Of a stretch of 64,000 nt of DNA, positions 27,873 through 38,574 are shown one piece after another (within the stretch, counting starts at the first letter, position 1; each line of letters starts with the position of its first letter). The DNA is from a virus. The notes under the pieces were generated by a model, which saw nothing but the letters and a program-made list of their open reading frames with translations, was not told where the DNA came from and did not search any database. Where the stretch lies: the IMG/VR virus record IMGVR_UViG_3300043015_002491, positions 1-64,000 of that record; one strand, written 5' to 3'. The position numbers were made by a program, and so were the translations under genes.

Positions 27873-29711
27873 AAATTATGTTTTTTAATTATTTCTTTTA
27901 ACTCTAAAATTTCTTCTTCTTTTCTATTAATAAGTTTGTTTAAATGGTTAATAGCAGTTTCTTTAACCTTTTCTCTATCATAACCAAATATACCACTGGA
28001 ATTATCCATAAAAGCTACTTCTTCATCTCTAAGCATGAATATAAAACTATATTGGGTACCACCATAACCATTAAAACCTGTTATATAAACACTATCAAAT
28101 ATAGTTTCCTTTATTTCATCATGGAATGAATTAGTATAATACAAAGTAGATGGTTCTGGTATATAGAAGACATGCCTATCACCACGATTGTAGTTTTCCC
28201 ATGGCACATTATTCATTAGATATTCAACATCCAATAAATCATTAAGCTCACACTTAATGTGCTTTGCTTTCATTTTTTCTAACATTTATTTTTTTTTAAT
28301 TAACTAAACTATGTTTTGTATATTTCTTTTTATGTTTTCCATGCCACGATATATATGAACCGCTTGAATGTTGTTTTTGTACGTAGTATTTACTAGCGCA
28401 TGATGATAACATAAAACTAATTATAGTTATTATTGTAATAGTTAATGCTTTAGTTTTTTTCATTTTTTTTATTGAAAGGTATTATTTAGTTATGATTCTT
28501 CAATTGTTTTACAATTAATACATTGTTTATAACCAGAATCAAAATGATTCCATTCATGGTTACATCTTTTAACTTTAATACGCCTTTTAAATTTTTTACT
28601 AATCTTTTTTAATTTACTTAAAAACATTAACTCCATTTAATAATACCAATTATATCAATAATAACCCAAATTAGATTCATTGTGACCAGACTCCAATCTC
28701 TATCTTTTAATAAAACAAAAAACATAGCTATGTGTCCAATTATAAATAGTATATAACTAGTCAAAATACTAGTTAATTTAAGAGATATTGTTAAAGCAGC
28801 TAAAATAGTTATAATAACACTTAACCATTTAATAATTTTTTTAATCTTCATCATCTAAATTAATCCCAAGTTTACCAAAGACTTCTTCACTAGTATAATA
28901 CCATTTCATCTTTCCTTGAGCAATCCCTATCAATAATGACCATAATTCACGTCCTTTTGGGTTCCATTCCCCATCAGTATCAACTATATGACCCTTATCA
29001 TCATCGTAACCAGTTTCTATCACAACAAATGACTTAATATACATATACCAAAGATATTGGAATGGTATAGCTAAATACCATCTATATCTCCAAATCTGAA
29101 CTATCTTGTTACATTCTTGAAATCTTTTCTCGCTCATGTTTTTCCTTTATAAGTCTATACTCGTGTTTATTAGTCTTATAAAAAGCACTTAATTGCTCTT
29201 CATATTTATCAATGTTATCCAACATATATGGTATTAATAATGAGCTTGGTGGTTCTGCATCGAAATTTTCATTTGCTCTTATCGATGGTAACACATCTTC
29301 CTTTAAATCCTTAACTTTTACTCCTTTTTTAGTTTCTTTAGCTTTTATTTCTTTAAGCATTTCTGGTCTATTTTCGCTAATCCATTCTAAATATAATGGG
29401 TCATTTTCTTCGACCCACCCATATGTCTTACCAGAATATTTCCCAGACCTAAATTTAAAGTTAGAATTCATTAGAAATTTCTATTATCATTAACAAATTT
29501 TGATGGATTATTTAGAACCCATTCGATTATTGGTCTCTGCATAGCACCTGGTACTGGAAAACCTTTCATGTAAAGCACTCCAGCCACAATGTGAAATTCT
29601 TCACCATTTGAAAACACCAATTCTTGTGATATTTCTGGTAATTTTACCGTTTCTGCATGCTTAAGACGGAATACTCTATCGCCTATTAATTTTTTTGCCA
29701 TAATTTTTAAT

Positions 29712-30770
29712 TTATAATCCTACATTATTATTTTCCATCTCAAAAAACCATGTTCTAGCCTTATTTGAAATGGTCCCAGAAAGTTCTTTTGGTTCAAAAC
29801 CATTACCAACAATAGTGTCAAGTTCTTCCTTAACAATGTCATTGTATATCCATTTAAGGAATACACCAACATTCTTTCTAGATACGTCAAGACCTTCCAT
29901 CTTAAGCTGTTCAAGCCCTTGATTAAGTCTTGATTCGGTAACAAAGTTATCTACCAACTCTTTGATGTTATTAACTCTTTCGATATCTACTGGTGCAAGA
30001 GTCTTTGTTTTAGATGACTGATGCTTTTCTCCCTTAACTTTAAACCAATATTTAGAGCTAGACCAACCTTCATCAATACAACGCCAAACAACACCTTCAC
30101 CAACACCACTCTGTCCGAATGCTTTACCTACTGGACATTCCTTTTCAACAGCTTCTGTGATTTCTACCATCTTATTAACAGCTTCTTTAGGGTTGTTAAA
30201 ATCAATAGTAGCTCTATAAGTTGGGAAATCTAAGATATTATAAATCTTTTCATCCTTTTCCTTAACTTGCATTAATTGGTCGTCAGTAAGCCACATGTTA
30301 TCTACTTTAATTGCAAAGATAACAAACATCTTATCAAGTCCATTAAGTGCAACACCCTTTTGAATATTACCACCACACCATTCACCATAGATTCTAACAA
30401 CTTCTGGTGTATAACCTATGTTACCAACACCCTTCATTACTTTAGCTAACAATTGCTCTGTATTTCTAGTGTGAGCAAATGCAGCAAACCCAGCATTATC
30501 ACTTTCTGGTGTGATAATGTTCTTTCTTGATTGTGCGTGGAATTCGTAATCAAAAGTAACTGGATTCCATGTGTAAACAATGGCTGCATTAGTACCATGT
30601 AACTTAACAGTTCCAACAAAATTAAGTATTGGATGTTCCACTTCACCTCTATTCATAATAGGGTGTCCAGTTTCTTCATCAATACCCATGTATCTGGTAC
30701 GATGGTCAACATCTTTAATTACATTCCTAAATTGTTCAATTGATGGGAATTTTTGAAACTTCTTTTCCAT
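29712..30770 (-). CDS. RNA ligase, Rnl2-like
   Basis: KLHGTN (motif I), YGEWCG, GEGVVW and FKVKGEKH. Confidence 0.85.
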   Translation of the reverse strand: MEKKFQKFPSIEQFRNVIKDVDHRTRYMGIDEETGHPIMNRGEVEHPILNFVGTVKLHGTNAAIVYTWNPVTFDYEFHAQSRKNIITPESDNAGFAAFAHTRNTEQLLAKVMKGVGNIGYTPEVVRIYGEWCGGNIQKGVALNGLDKMFVIFAIKVDNMWLTDDQLMQVKEKDEKIYNILDFPTYRATIDFNNPKEAVNKMVEITEAVEKECPVGKAFGQSGVGEGVVWRCIDEGWSSSKYWFKVKGEKHQSSKTKTLAPVDIERVNNIKELVDNFVTESRLNQGLEQLKMEGLDVSRKNVGVFLKWIYNDIVKEELDTIVGNGFEPKELSGTISNKARTWFFEMENNNVGL

Positions 30771-30802
30771 ACTTATTTTTTATTAATCAATAATATTTTA
30801 CA

Positions 30803-31129
30803 TTAAAATGGTATTTCATCATCTTCTGGTTGGTTTACAGGTGTAATATTACCAGTCTTAGCTTTACCATTTACCTTAAGTGCGTTAGCTGTTAAGTTAA
30901 CATAGTATTTACCATTATACTCATTACCTCTAATAGAGAAACTAACAACAACTGCATCACCAGCTTTAACTGAATCTAATAATTCAACTGAATCCTTCAG
31001 AAATTCAAATTTAACATCTTGTGGATATTGGTCATCCGTTGTAATTACAAGTTCTCTTTTTTTAAACCCAGAATCCCAAGTTTGCGTTTCATTAATAACC
31101 TTTACGGTTCCTTCCATTGTATAAATCAT
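30803..31129 (-). CDS. DUF3127 family OB-fold protein
   Basis: FKKRELVIT..QYPQ, GNEYNGKYY; acidic DDEIPF tail. Confidence 0.8.
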   Translation of the reverse strand: MIYTMEGTVKVINETQTWDSGFKKRELVITTDDQYPQDVKFEFLKDSVELLDSVKAGDAVVVSFSIRGNEYNGKYYVNLTANALKVNGKAKTGNITPVNQPEDDEIPF

Positions 31130-31178
31130 AATCTTTAATTTTTAACAAATATACATAATATTTCCCAACAATACAAAT

Positions 31179-31970
31179 TTATTTATTATTTTTTACTAAA
31201 AACTCACCATTCCTACCCATATGGTCTGGATAAAACATATATACTGGGGCTGATTGAACTACATCTTTAGTTTCAATATTCATAAGACTAAGTCTACCAT
31301 CATAAGTAGCACCAGTATCCATATTCCAAACATTCCCAATATTCATAGGAATACCCTTATCTTCGTAATTAATAGTTGGGGTGTGACCAATATAGATTTC
31401 ATTATATTGTTCCCATAACTTATCACCTGGATTTGTAGTACCAGTCTCCTTTATTCTAATCATATGACCCCAGAATTGTCTATCCCAATAAAATAAAGCG
31501 TTCTCACCCATCTTTTGACCAACTTCTAATTCGTACTGTTCATCAAGTGGAGTTCTAGGGTCAAAACCAGCATGCATGAAGATTCTATTATCTTCATCAA
31601 CATAATATAATTTAGCTTCACCTAAGAACTTTAAATGTTTCTCAACTAAGTCTGGGTGTTTTTTGTAACTATCAACAGTAGCTTTACCACCTTGATGCCA
31701 CCATATAGAATTAGGACTACTCATCTTAACCCCATGTTCAAGTGACCATTCAAGGAACCTTTCAGTCCACTCATCATGATTACCCTTCAAGTAAATAAGG
31801 TTCTTGATTTTCATCAATTCCTCAATACATTCAGCAACATCTGGCCATCCATCAGTTACATCACCAAGTGCTACGAGTCTATCATTCTCATAGTCAAAAT
31901 TAACAGCTTCTAAAACCTGTTTTAACGCTAGATACCCACCATGGATATCACCAATTACAAACTTTCTCAT
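31179..31970 (-). CDS. Ser/Thr-phosphatase-like metallophosphoesterase
   Basis: GDIHG, LGDVTD, KGNHD, GHTPT and DTGA. Confidence 0.9.
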   Translation of the reverse strand: MRKFVIGDIHGGYLALKQVLEAVNFDYENDRLVALGDVTDGWPDVAECIEELMKIKNLIYLKGNHDEWTERFLEWSLEHGVKMSSPNSIWWHQGGKATVDSYKKHPDLVEKHLKFLGEAKLYYVDEDNRIFMHAGFDPRTPLDEQYELEVGQKMGENALFYWDRQFWGHMIRIKETGTTNPGDKLWEQYNEIYIGHTPTINYEDKGIPMNIGNVWNMDTGATYDGRLSLMNIETKDVVQSAPVYMFYPDHMGRNGEFLVKNNK

Positions 31971-32251
31971 TTCTTTTTACTTTCTTTTTTTATACCCCAA
32001 TATGTTCCAAGTGTACCTCCAATAAGGAATGCTATGATTGGTAATGTTTGACCCTCAAGTATTGAGTTAGCACCAATAGACATTGATACAAGCCAAGCTA
32101 GTGCAATACCATTACTGGTAAGAATAGCTGGTAACATTCTACGTTCAGCTGTATAAATTACATTAACAGTCCTCAAATATATGAAAACTATTTGACTTAT
32201 CAAAACAACTAGTGCTGATAAGTATGAGTTATTTAATATCTCTTGCATCAA
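31967..32251 (-). CDS. small membrane protein (DUF5698-like)
   Basis: three hydrophobic helices; GGTLGTYWGI. Confidence 0.5.
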   Translation of the reverse strand: MMQEILNNSYLSALVVLISQIVFIYLRTVNVIYTAERRMLPAILTSNGIALAWLVSMSIGANSILEGQTLPIIAFLIGGTLGTYWGIKKESKKK

Positions 32252-32354
32252 TTCTTTTTTTATTTAACGAATCTCCTTCGATTATTAAACCATCTGGTCC
32301 ATCACTTAATCTCATTAATTTAATGTTTTAAGGGGGTACAATACCCCCCTGGTT

Positions 32355-33470
32355 TTACAATACGTTATACAACTTCTTATTGTCGTAATTCATCATATAC
32401 TCTCTTACACTTTCTACCTTACCATCGTTTAATCCGAAGAATAAACCTGTGTAAGCCTTGTGTGTCTTACCAGCAACTCTGAATACTTCCATTGCATATC
32501 TTTTCTTTTCCTTTGGAGTTATGTTCTTTGGTCTTAAGCCTTTCAACTCACCCCACATACCTTCCAACTCACCTATAAGGTTATTGTAACCCTCGTGAAG
32601 CTTAAATATTTCTTCTCTTCTTTCTGGGAAAGTAGCGGAAAATTCCTCAATCTCATTAGACTTAACAACATCCATTATATTGTGTTCAGCTAATTTCCCC
32701 TTCAAATGATGAACTGCCACATATGCTGGATTCTTTATCTTGATTCTATTGTGGTTTGCATCCACAACAACATAACCTTCCTCTGTGAATGGCATACCTT
32801 CAAAAGTTCTCTTGATAGCACCAACATTGTCAACATTCATGTCAAAAGCCTTAACTAATGGCACACCTATTGATATTGCGGTCATTTCAAGGTCTTTCCA
32901 AGATAACTCCTTAAGAGTCTTTCTATTTCTTACTGTCAAAAGGGAAACCTTAGATTCTCCGTGTGGAGTAACCACTATATTATATGGGGTCATTAACTCA
33001 AATACATATACATGGTCCTTATCCAACAAACAATCATTGAATGAATACTTGTTGTTTAGTGTATTCCAGAATAATTCATTGAAAGTAGTACCTAACTTGT
33101 TGTTTACTTCACCTTCCCCTTCAGCGGTTCCAGTTGTAGCTGCGAACCACTCTTTCTTATTCCAATCCCAGTATACTTGAATCATAGACCCATCTTCCTT
33201 AGTCAACACCTTAGCTGTATCCCAGTCAATTTTAGCAGCGTGACCTTCTTCAGCGTTGAAGAACTTGAAGAAAGATAAAGACATGATTTCCCAAGTATTC
33301 TTTTCAAGTATAAGCCCTCTGCACTCTTGCACAATAACCTCACCCATAGATGATTCTATTTGGTCATACTTGATAAGAACCTTGTCCTCATATTCCCTAG
33401 ACTTTAATTTAAAGTCAGTAAGCGTCTTAGCAAGTCCATTTTCTTTTATGTATTCTATTACTCTTAACAT
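32355..33470 (-). CDS. RNA ligase, T4 Rnl1-like
   Basis: ECRGLIL, KFFN, KEDGS (motif I), FEL, EGYVV and RIKIKN. Confidence 0.9.
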   Translation of the reverse strand: MLRVIEYIKENGLAKTLTDFKLKSREYEDKVLIKYDQIESSMGEVIVQECRGLILEKNTWEIMSLSFFKFFNAEEGHAAKIDWDTAKVLTKEDGSMIQVYWDWNKKEWFAATTGTAEGEGEVNNKLGTTFNELFWNTLNNKYSFNDCLLDKDHVYVFELMTPYNIVVTPHGESKVSLLTVRNRKTLKELSWKDLEMTAISIGVPLVKAFDMNVDNVGAIKRTFEGMPFTEEGYVVVDANHNRIKIKNPAYVAVHHLKGKLAEHNIMDVVKSNEIEEFSATFPERREEIFKLHEGYNNLIGELEGMWGELKGLRPKNITPKEKKRYAMEVFRVAGKTHKAYTGLFFGLNDGKVESVREYMMNYDNKKLYNVL

Positions 33471-34013
33471 GATTATTATTTTATGATTTACACAAATATA
33501 ATTAAAAAAAGGGAACCACCAAACGATTCCCTAATTATTTTTAATTATTCATCATCATCATCATCATCTTCACCCATTTCAAAATCTTCATTCATTTCAT
33601 TTCTAAGTTTATCTATAATCTTATATATGTCCTCATCTAACATATCCGCCATTGGATTTTCTAATCTTTGTGTTTCGTATAATTTTTTAGCTGAGAACAT
33701 TGAACATAACTCACCAAATAAATTTATATCATTTTCATCATGTATAATACCACTAATTAGAATCATGAAGTTACCCACATTAGTGATTATGTAGTCTTCT
33801 TTGTCAACCCCTTCTTTCATTAGGGCATCACCCATTTTAAAAATTTTTGCACTTAATTCATGGTGCCTTTTTTTGTTTTCCATCTTATTTAATTTGTGTT
33901 AATAATAAAAGCATTACAATACCAAAACCAATGATACATAAATTAACTTTTGTCGCTTCATCTAAATTTTTAAATCTCTTAAACATATTCAAATATATTA
34001 TTTTTTTTGGTTA

Positions 34014-34970
34014 TTAACCAAGTTTTTCTTCAGAAACTTTTCCAGAAAGATTTGGTCCATCTTCCCATTTACCCCAATACTTAATATCATTAGACATAAC
34101 TGGTTTACCACCCTTAGCTCTATTAACGGCTATTGTAATGTGTGGTTTTTCATTATCCGAATAATAACCCTCAACACCAACAGCTAAAGCCATATCAGAC
34201 ATACCAATACTAACAACCCTTAAGTTTACGGTCTTACCTAAGTCACCCTTAAGGTTTTCTGGTAACCCATTACCGAAGTTAATTGTCATGTGATGAGCAA
34301 TTATTTCCCAATCACCCCAAACATCACTTATTTTACTTCTAACCGCCTCTAGTAATTTAGTTCTAGATTTTTCATCCAATACAACACTTGCAAACATCTT
34401 TGGTTTATTTGAATACATAGGTTTTGCTTTAATAACTTTTTCAAGTGAAAGTGGTCCAACACTCTTATGAGATTGAATCATTGATTTAATTTTATCCAAT
34501 GGTACACCATGTGTATTCCTTTGCGCTAACTCTTCAGCAGAAAGACCGCCAGCACCTATATCAACAAATTTAATATTTTCATCAGCATAACCCATGTTTA
34601 ATGCTGCTTCAACATAATTCTTTGGTTCGTTAGCCTTGATGTTGGTATTGTCAACTATAACTGGTGACACACCCTTTTCCATAGCTTCCTTAGCCATCTT
34701 AAAGTTAAGTGAGTGCATCTTACTAAGTGGTGTGAAATCCTTATTAGAAATCATGTTTGAAAAGAATTCGTTATAATCACCTTGTGCTTCGATTCTGTCA
34801 TCAGTCGAGAATATGGCACCACCACCCTTAAGTTCTTTTGCTTTAGTCGATTTACCACTACCTGGTATCCCTCTCATCACAATAAGTTCTTGTTCTGGTT
34901 TTGACACTGTAACACCTAACGAGTTTTTCTCAACATTTTCTCTAAGTATTTTTCTTATATTTTCTTTCAT
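34014..34970 (-). CDS. polynucleotide kinase / 2H cyclic phosphodiesterase fusion (RNA end-healing)
   Basis: P-loop RGIPGSGKST, VDNTN and RNTHGVP; C-terminal HHMTI and PHITI. Confidence 0.85.
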   Translation of the reverse strand: MKENIRKILRENVEKNSLGVTVSKPEQELIVMRGIPGSGKSTKAKELKGGGAIFSTDDRIEAQGDYNEFFSNMISNKDFTPLSKMHSLNFKMAKEAMEKGVSPVIVDNTNIKANEPKNYVEAALNMGYADENIKFVDIGAGGLSAEELAQRNTHGVPLDKIKSMIQSHKSVGPLSLEKVIKAKPMYSNKPKMFASVVLDEKSRTKLLEAVRSKISDVWGDWEIIAHHMTINFGNGLPENLKGDLGKTVNLRVVSIGMSDMALAVGVEGYYSDNEKPHITIAVNRAKGGKPVMSNDIKYWGKWEDGPNLSGKVSEEKLG

Positions 34971-36789
34971 ACTAAAAATTCTTTAAATTTATTTTTCAAT
35001 TCTACCTCTGTTAAGTAAGTTTCAAGTTTTACCTTAGTTTCGTAATTTTCATTTTCACGCTCTAAAATATCATATGATACAATATCTTGTGGGAACTTAT
35101 GGCGTAATTCAATAAAGTGTTTAACACTTAACTCATAACCCTTAATTTCTTTACCTTCTTGATTAGTTCTATAATAAATAATACTATTTAAATAAATTGA
35201 CCTAATGGCATCTAACTCTTCATCTAACATAATATCTAATATCTCATCTATGGACATATTTAACCCTAAATATCTTAGAACCATATTTTTAATTTCATTA
35301 GGGATTGTTGAGAATGCTAGTGTTTCAATATCATATATTTTATGTAATCCAGCATCTTCCAATTCAAATCTTAATTCACTAGAATCTATGGTAACCCCTA
35401 TGAAGTTATCATCATCATAAAAAATATGGAAATCAAATAAGTCTAACGATGGTAAATAACCATCATCAGACAAAGGAATGTGTGTTACTATAATATTCTT
35501 AACGTTTATCATGTAACAAATATAATAAAAAAAATGAAACCTACAATGAAAAAATTAAATTATTTTCTTTTTTTTCTAGATTCTTCTAATAATTCTTCAG
35601 CTGTATCACTTAAATGTTTAGGCATAACACTAATTAAATCCATCTTCTCATCATCATTAGCATTCTTAAAAACACTTAACATGATGTCATCACTAGGTAA
35701 TTCATTAAAAATATCCGCAAGTTCTATTGGTTCCCCATTATCAGTTTCAAATCTATTACTAGTTTGATAAAAATGTACCTTCTCACCATTAGATAATTTC
35801 ATCTTTTTAAAAGATTCTTTCTTTTCTTTAGCTCCAACATTTTTTTCTTTAGACCATCTTCGTAACCCATCAATTGTTATAGGTCTTTTTTCAGTACCGT
35901 AATCACCACTATTAACAAATTCAATTAACTTTTCATATGGAATAACATAATCGTATTGACCTTTAACTATATGTTTCCAAAATAAAGTTGTGATGACATT
36001 ATCCTTAACCACTAACACTAGTAAATGACCTGGTAGGTCATTATTTGGTTTTATTGGTTCTTTAGAGTCATATATAATAATACCCAAGTCTCTACCAAAA
36101 GAATCACCAAATTCTAAGCTTTCAATAAAATCAATCCTTTCATCAATTATTTTTTTACCTTCATCACCTATTTGGTCTAGTAAAGCAGTAATCCTTTCTG
36201 GATACCTTTGTTTAACAAAATGCTTTATATCCTTTATCGCTTCTAATAATCTTTGTCTAATAAATTCTTTCATTACTCACCTTTTAATATTTGTTTAAAC
36301 TTTCTAAGTTGTTCTTTTATTACGTTTTTAGCTTTAAAACTAGGACCCTTTTTGTTTATCGGTACTTTCACAGTTTTGGGTGACTTATCACCACCATTAA
36401 CATTAATAGTATATTTTCTATTATCCTTAAAGGTAATTTCGTTAAATTCTTTATCCAACTGATTTATTTCCATCTTAAGCTTAGGACCATCAGCTGAGAT
36501 AATTCTATGTATTTGAACATCCCCTAGATATTCACCTTGTATAATATGATTTAACTCGGCTTCTTTTCTTTTTTGTTTACCCGCAGAAACCCAGTCATTT
36601 CTAATACCAATAACCTCACAATCACCACCTACAGTAGCACTCATAAGGTCATCATTGTACTGTCCACCAGACTTTCCACATTCACATTTTCTCCATTTGG
36701 TGTGAATTAGTCTAACTACGTCATCACAATTTTTACAGATAATTAACTTCATATTATATAAATATATTGAAACACGCAAAAAGATGAAG

Positions 36790-36879
36790 CGGAAGACAAG
36801 GGAATTGAACCCTCGGACCGCTCAAGGCGGCCAACGCATTAGCAGTGCGCCCCGACTAACCAACATTCGGCTATCTTCC
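36790..36879 (-). tRNA. tRNA-Ser(GCT)
   Basis: CGCA-CTGCTAA-TGCG; long variable arm; G73. Confidence 0.88.
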
Positions 36880-36884
36880 AAGTA

Positions 36885-36951
36885 CAGGATGGTTTTTTTA
36901 CGTAATCAAATTAGAAGTTTGGTCGTTAAAAATATTTGCTGAACCCATCCT
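36885..36951 (-). ncRNA. CAGCAA-family small RNA with Arg(TCT) anticodon stem-loop
   Basis: AGGATGG-GTTCAGCAA...CAAA-CTTCTAA-TTTG...CCATCCTG. Confidence 0.7.
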
Positions 36952-36955
36952 TTAG

Positions 36956-37028
36956 TACCCCTACAGGGATTCGAACCCCGATTCTCGGCTTAGAAGGCCG
37001 ATGTCCTATCCAATTGAACGATAGAGGC
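36956..37028 (-). tRNA. tRNA-Arg(TCT)
   Basis: TCGGC-CTTCTAA-GCCGA. Confidence 0.9.
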
Positions 37029-37133
37029 ATTTTGGTGAGAGGCTTTGGGTTAGATAAACCTCAATATTACATGAGAGACCCCCTAGAATGCATCACCATT
37101 GTGTGAGAACGTCTAAACGTTCCCGACTTTTAG

Positions 37134-37208
37134 TACACCTAGAAAGAATCGAACTTTCAATCTCTCAGTTCGTAGCCGAGTGCTTTAAATCCGTTAAGCT
37201 ATAGGTGT
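37134..37208 (-). tRNA. tRNA-Arg(ACG)
   Basis: CTCGG-CTACGAA-CTGAG. Confidence 0.88.
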
Positions 37209-37216
37209 ATATTAAG

Positions 37217-37286
37217 TACCGACTGTGAGGTTCGAACTCACTTAACCGTCCATATGAAGGACTGTTCTTTTCCACTAAGTGTCGGC
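37217..37286 (-). tRNA. short tRNA-Met(CAT)-like with reduced D arm
   Basis: GTCC-TTCATAT-GGAC; T arm present. Confidence 0.6.
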
Positions 37287-37317
37287 ATGTCGCTACTATT
37301 CGACCTATCAATATTTG

Positions 37318-37389
37318 CTCCTTGGGGGAATTTCGAAATCCCGACCTATCGCTTAACAGGCGATTGCTCTACCTCTGAGCTACCAAGGA
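37318..37389 (-). tRNA. tRNA-Asn(GTT)
   Basis: ATCGC-CTGTTAA-GCGAT. Confidence 0.9.
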
Positions 37390-37446
37390 ATAATTGTTTA
37401 TAGTTGGCCAAAACTAGTAAATAAATTAACTTTTGGCTGATTATAG

Positions 37447-37519
37447 TGGGCCCACTGAGACTCGAACTCAGAACAACTGATTATGAGTCAGCCGTTTTAA
37501 CCACTTAAACTACAGGCCC
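37447..37519 (-). tRNA. tRNA-Ile2/Met(CAT)
   Basis: CTGA-CTCATAA-TCAG; GGGCCTG acceptor resembles Ile2. Confidence 0.82.
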
Positions 37520-37523
37520 TTTG

Positions 37524-37613
37524 TACTGGTGGTGAGATTCGAACTCACGTTTGGTAACAACCTCAAGAACCGCTACGTTTCTCCAAGATATAAGCTTGGG
37601 ACGCTACACCAGC
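37524..37613 (-). ncRNA. tRNA-like RNA with Ile(TAT) anticodon hairpin displaced into the D-arm position
   Basis: acceptor GCTGGTG/CACCAGT; T arm GTGAG-TTCGAAT-CTCAC; CCAAG-CTTATAT-CTTGG inside the GCGT/ACGT stem. Confidence 0.55.
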
Positions 37614-37692
37614 ATTTGTAGAGTAGGTGGGGTATTCTCCCACAATAAAGGGTCATAGTCCAGCGGTTTGTAGTTTGAACCTACTATTCTAG

Positions 37693-37778
37693 TTGGTAGG
37701 GTGGGACTCGAACCCACATTGTGCTTTCGCACCCAGTGTATCAGACTGGTCCCTGTAAACCAATTCGGGTACCTACCA
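37693..37778 (-). tRNA. tRNA-Ile(GAT) with long variable arm
   Basis: CCAGT-CTGATAC-ACTGG; variable arm GTGC-GAAA-GCAC. Confidence 0.8.
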
Positions 37779-37785
37779 ATATTAA

Positions 37786-37875
37786 TGGCGGAGAGAGTGG
37801 GACTCGAACCCACACACCTCTAGGGCCTACGGTTTTCAAGACCGTTGCAGTTAGACCTACTCTGCTTACCTCTCC
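37786..37875 (-). tRNA. tRNA-Ser(TGA)
   Basis: ACGGT-CTTGAAA-ACCGT; CCA encoded. Confidence 0.9.
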
Positions 37876-37884
37876 GAATAAAGT

Positions 37885-37969
37885 ACCCCATTGTAGGATT
37901 CGAACCTACGGTCCCCTAAAGGGACACCCGTTACACACGGGTCGCATTAAGCCACTCTGCCAAATGGGT
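37885..37969 (-). tRNA. Ser-like tRNA body with anticodon loop TGTGTAA
   Basis: GGCAGAGTGGCTTAATGCG D arm and long variable arm; ACCCG-TGTGTAA-CGGGT (G33). Confidence 0.6.
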
Positions 37970-37976
37970 CACTTTG

Positions 37977-38049
37977 CACTGCGTTAGAGAATCGAACTCT
38001 ATCCATCCGAGGTTTTGGAGACCTGGCGCATACCATTATGCTACGCAGT
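37977..38049 (-). tRNA. tRNA-Trp(CCA)
   Basis: AGGT-CTCCAAA-ACCT. Confidence 0.85.
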
Positions 38050-38127
38050 ATGTGTTTCAATACGTCAAAGAACATATCGGTTTAAAAGCCGATATTATCA
38101 ATTATCTGTTATTAATCAGATAACCTT

Positions 38128-38203
38128 TGGGGTGCACGAGGAATTTCGAAATCCCGACCTTCCGAATCACAGTCGGATGCTCTGCCTCTGAGCTACGTAC
38201 ACC
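38128..38203 (-). tRNA. tRNA-His(GTG)
   Basis: TCCGA-CTGTGAT-TCGGA; G-1, C73 and CCA encoded. Confidence 0.92.
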
Positions 38204-38388
38204 ATATTTAAAGAACTACGAAGAATACAACCTTTCCCCTTTCTTTTTTTATTTTTATTTCACCATTATAGCCTCCGTCTTCAGCTTTCTTTTTATACTT
38301 GTCGTAGATGGTATCAAAGTCTTTCTTAACTTCTTTTTCTTTTTCTACCCCAAGTTTTCTAACTCTCTCTTCCATAATAATCGGACAT

Positions 38389-38422
38389 AAAAAAAGCCCG
38401 ACCAGTTTCCGAGTCGAGCTTT
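38389..38422 (-). terminator. attenuator terminator of tRNA operon 4
   Basis: AAAGCTCGACTCGG-AAA-CTGGTCGGGC-T7; 5' arm complementary to GAGTCGAGT (38471-38479). Confidence 0.85.
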
Positions 38423-38455
38423 ATATTATTTTAGTTTTTTTATTTACATCACAAC

Positions 38456-38539
38456 TTAAATAATGGACATACTCGACTCATTTAGAGAATTACGTCTCCA
38501 ATTACTAATCGAATTTCTATGTATGTTCATTGTTCTCAT
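38456..38539 (-). CDS. leader peptide 4 (MRTMNIHRNSISNWRRNSLNESSMSII)
   Basis: 27 aa ORF; codons 4-18 all M/N/I/H/R/S/W. Confidence 0.85.
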   Translation of the reverse strand: MRTMNIHRNSISNWRRNSLNESSMSII

Positions 38540-38574
38540 TGTTATAAAATTTTCTTTGTTTTTAAATATATATG

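Noticed and set aside
37400-37444. hairpin containing TGGCTGA as a CAGCAA-family member
   Set aside because: It lacks the AG..CTG terminal stem and pairs well only on the plus strand.
38208-38388. protein-like minus-strand frame with an in-frame TAG (possible stop-codon recoding)
   Set aside because: Single short case. Long genes are intact under the standard code, TAG ends other ORFs, and no suppressor tRNA(CTA) was found.
37604-38390. ORFs 37604, 37721 and 38127
   Set aside because: They overlap tRNA genes or the spacer on either strand.
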